NCBI RefSeq assembly: GCF_964204645.1
Contig: NC_134025.1
Location: forward strand, 8,928,001-8,992,000
Length of the DNA stretch: 64,000 nucleotides
Direction of reading: 5' to 3'
Origin: Tubulanus polymorphus
Taxonomy: Eukaryota > Animalia > Nemertea
Shown here: piece by piece, positions 63,736 to 64,000 of the stretch
Position numbering within the stretch: the stretch's first letter is position 1
How the letters are laid out: each line of letters begins with the position of its first letter
Notes under the pieces: generated by a model
The model's database searches: none
Told to the model about the DNA's origin: nothing
Seen by the model: the letters and a program-made list of their open reading frames with translations, nothing else
Made by a program: the position numbers and the translations under genes

Positions 63736-64000
63736 AGCAGATTTTAGTTAAGGCCGGGGCAAAGATTGTCAAAAATACTTCCGGGTTTATACTGCCATCT
63801 ATGAAGTCGAACGATAAATAAACGCATATTTACGGGATTCGAACCTGTTGGGAATCAACTGACGCCGAGGACTGCCGTTCAGCAACGACTAGCCCGCCCT
63901 GTTTAAATTTTCGATGACGACTTTTTGTGGAATTATTCCTAAAATTCCGTTACTATTTGATCGATGAATTGGTGTAAGATAATACATACGTAACGCCAAT

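Overview
This is eukaryotic (animal) genomic DNA, not prokaryotic. It has spliceosomal GT-AG introns and compact genes, and is probably from an invertebrate bilaterian (a lophotrochozoan is my inference only). I can reconstruct five intron-containing protein genes. Two are intact, tandem, same-orientation Runx (Runt-domain, VWRPY) paralogs on the minus strand: copy A at 12367-19237 and copy B at 34078-46357, both set in a large CpG-rich non-coding landscape. The others are PATL1/Pat1 (minus, 50868-56722), head-to-head with DEAF1 (plus, 57368-59831), and catalase (minus, 60722-63630), which converges on DEAF1. Four observations stand out. (1) Copy A carries a splice acceptor inside its MILPT|D start, at the position where vertebrate RUNX P1 exons splice into MRIPV|D, and two in-frame phase-1 candidate exons lie upstream. 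This suggests a P1/P2 dual-promoter architecture in an invertebrate. (2) The Runx tandem duplication has all phase-1 introns, which would allow read-through chimeras. (3) DEAF1 has no visible MYND finger. (4) The PATL1/DEAF1 bidirectional promoter contains a perfect 131-bp duplication and a TTCCG/CpG array with about 10-bp periodicity. Most ORFs in the supplied track are spurious or antisense shadows. Exon coordinates were read by eye.
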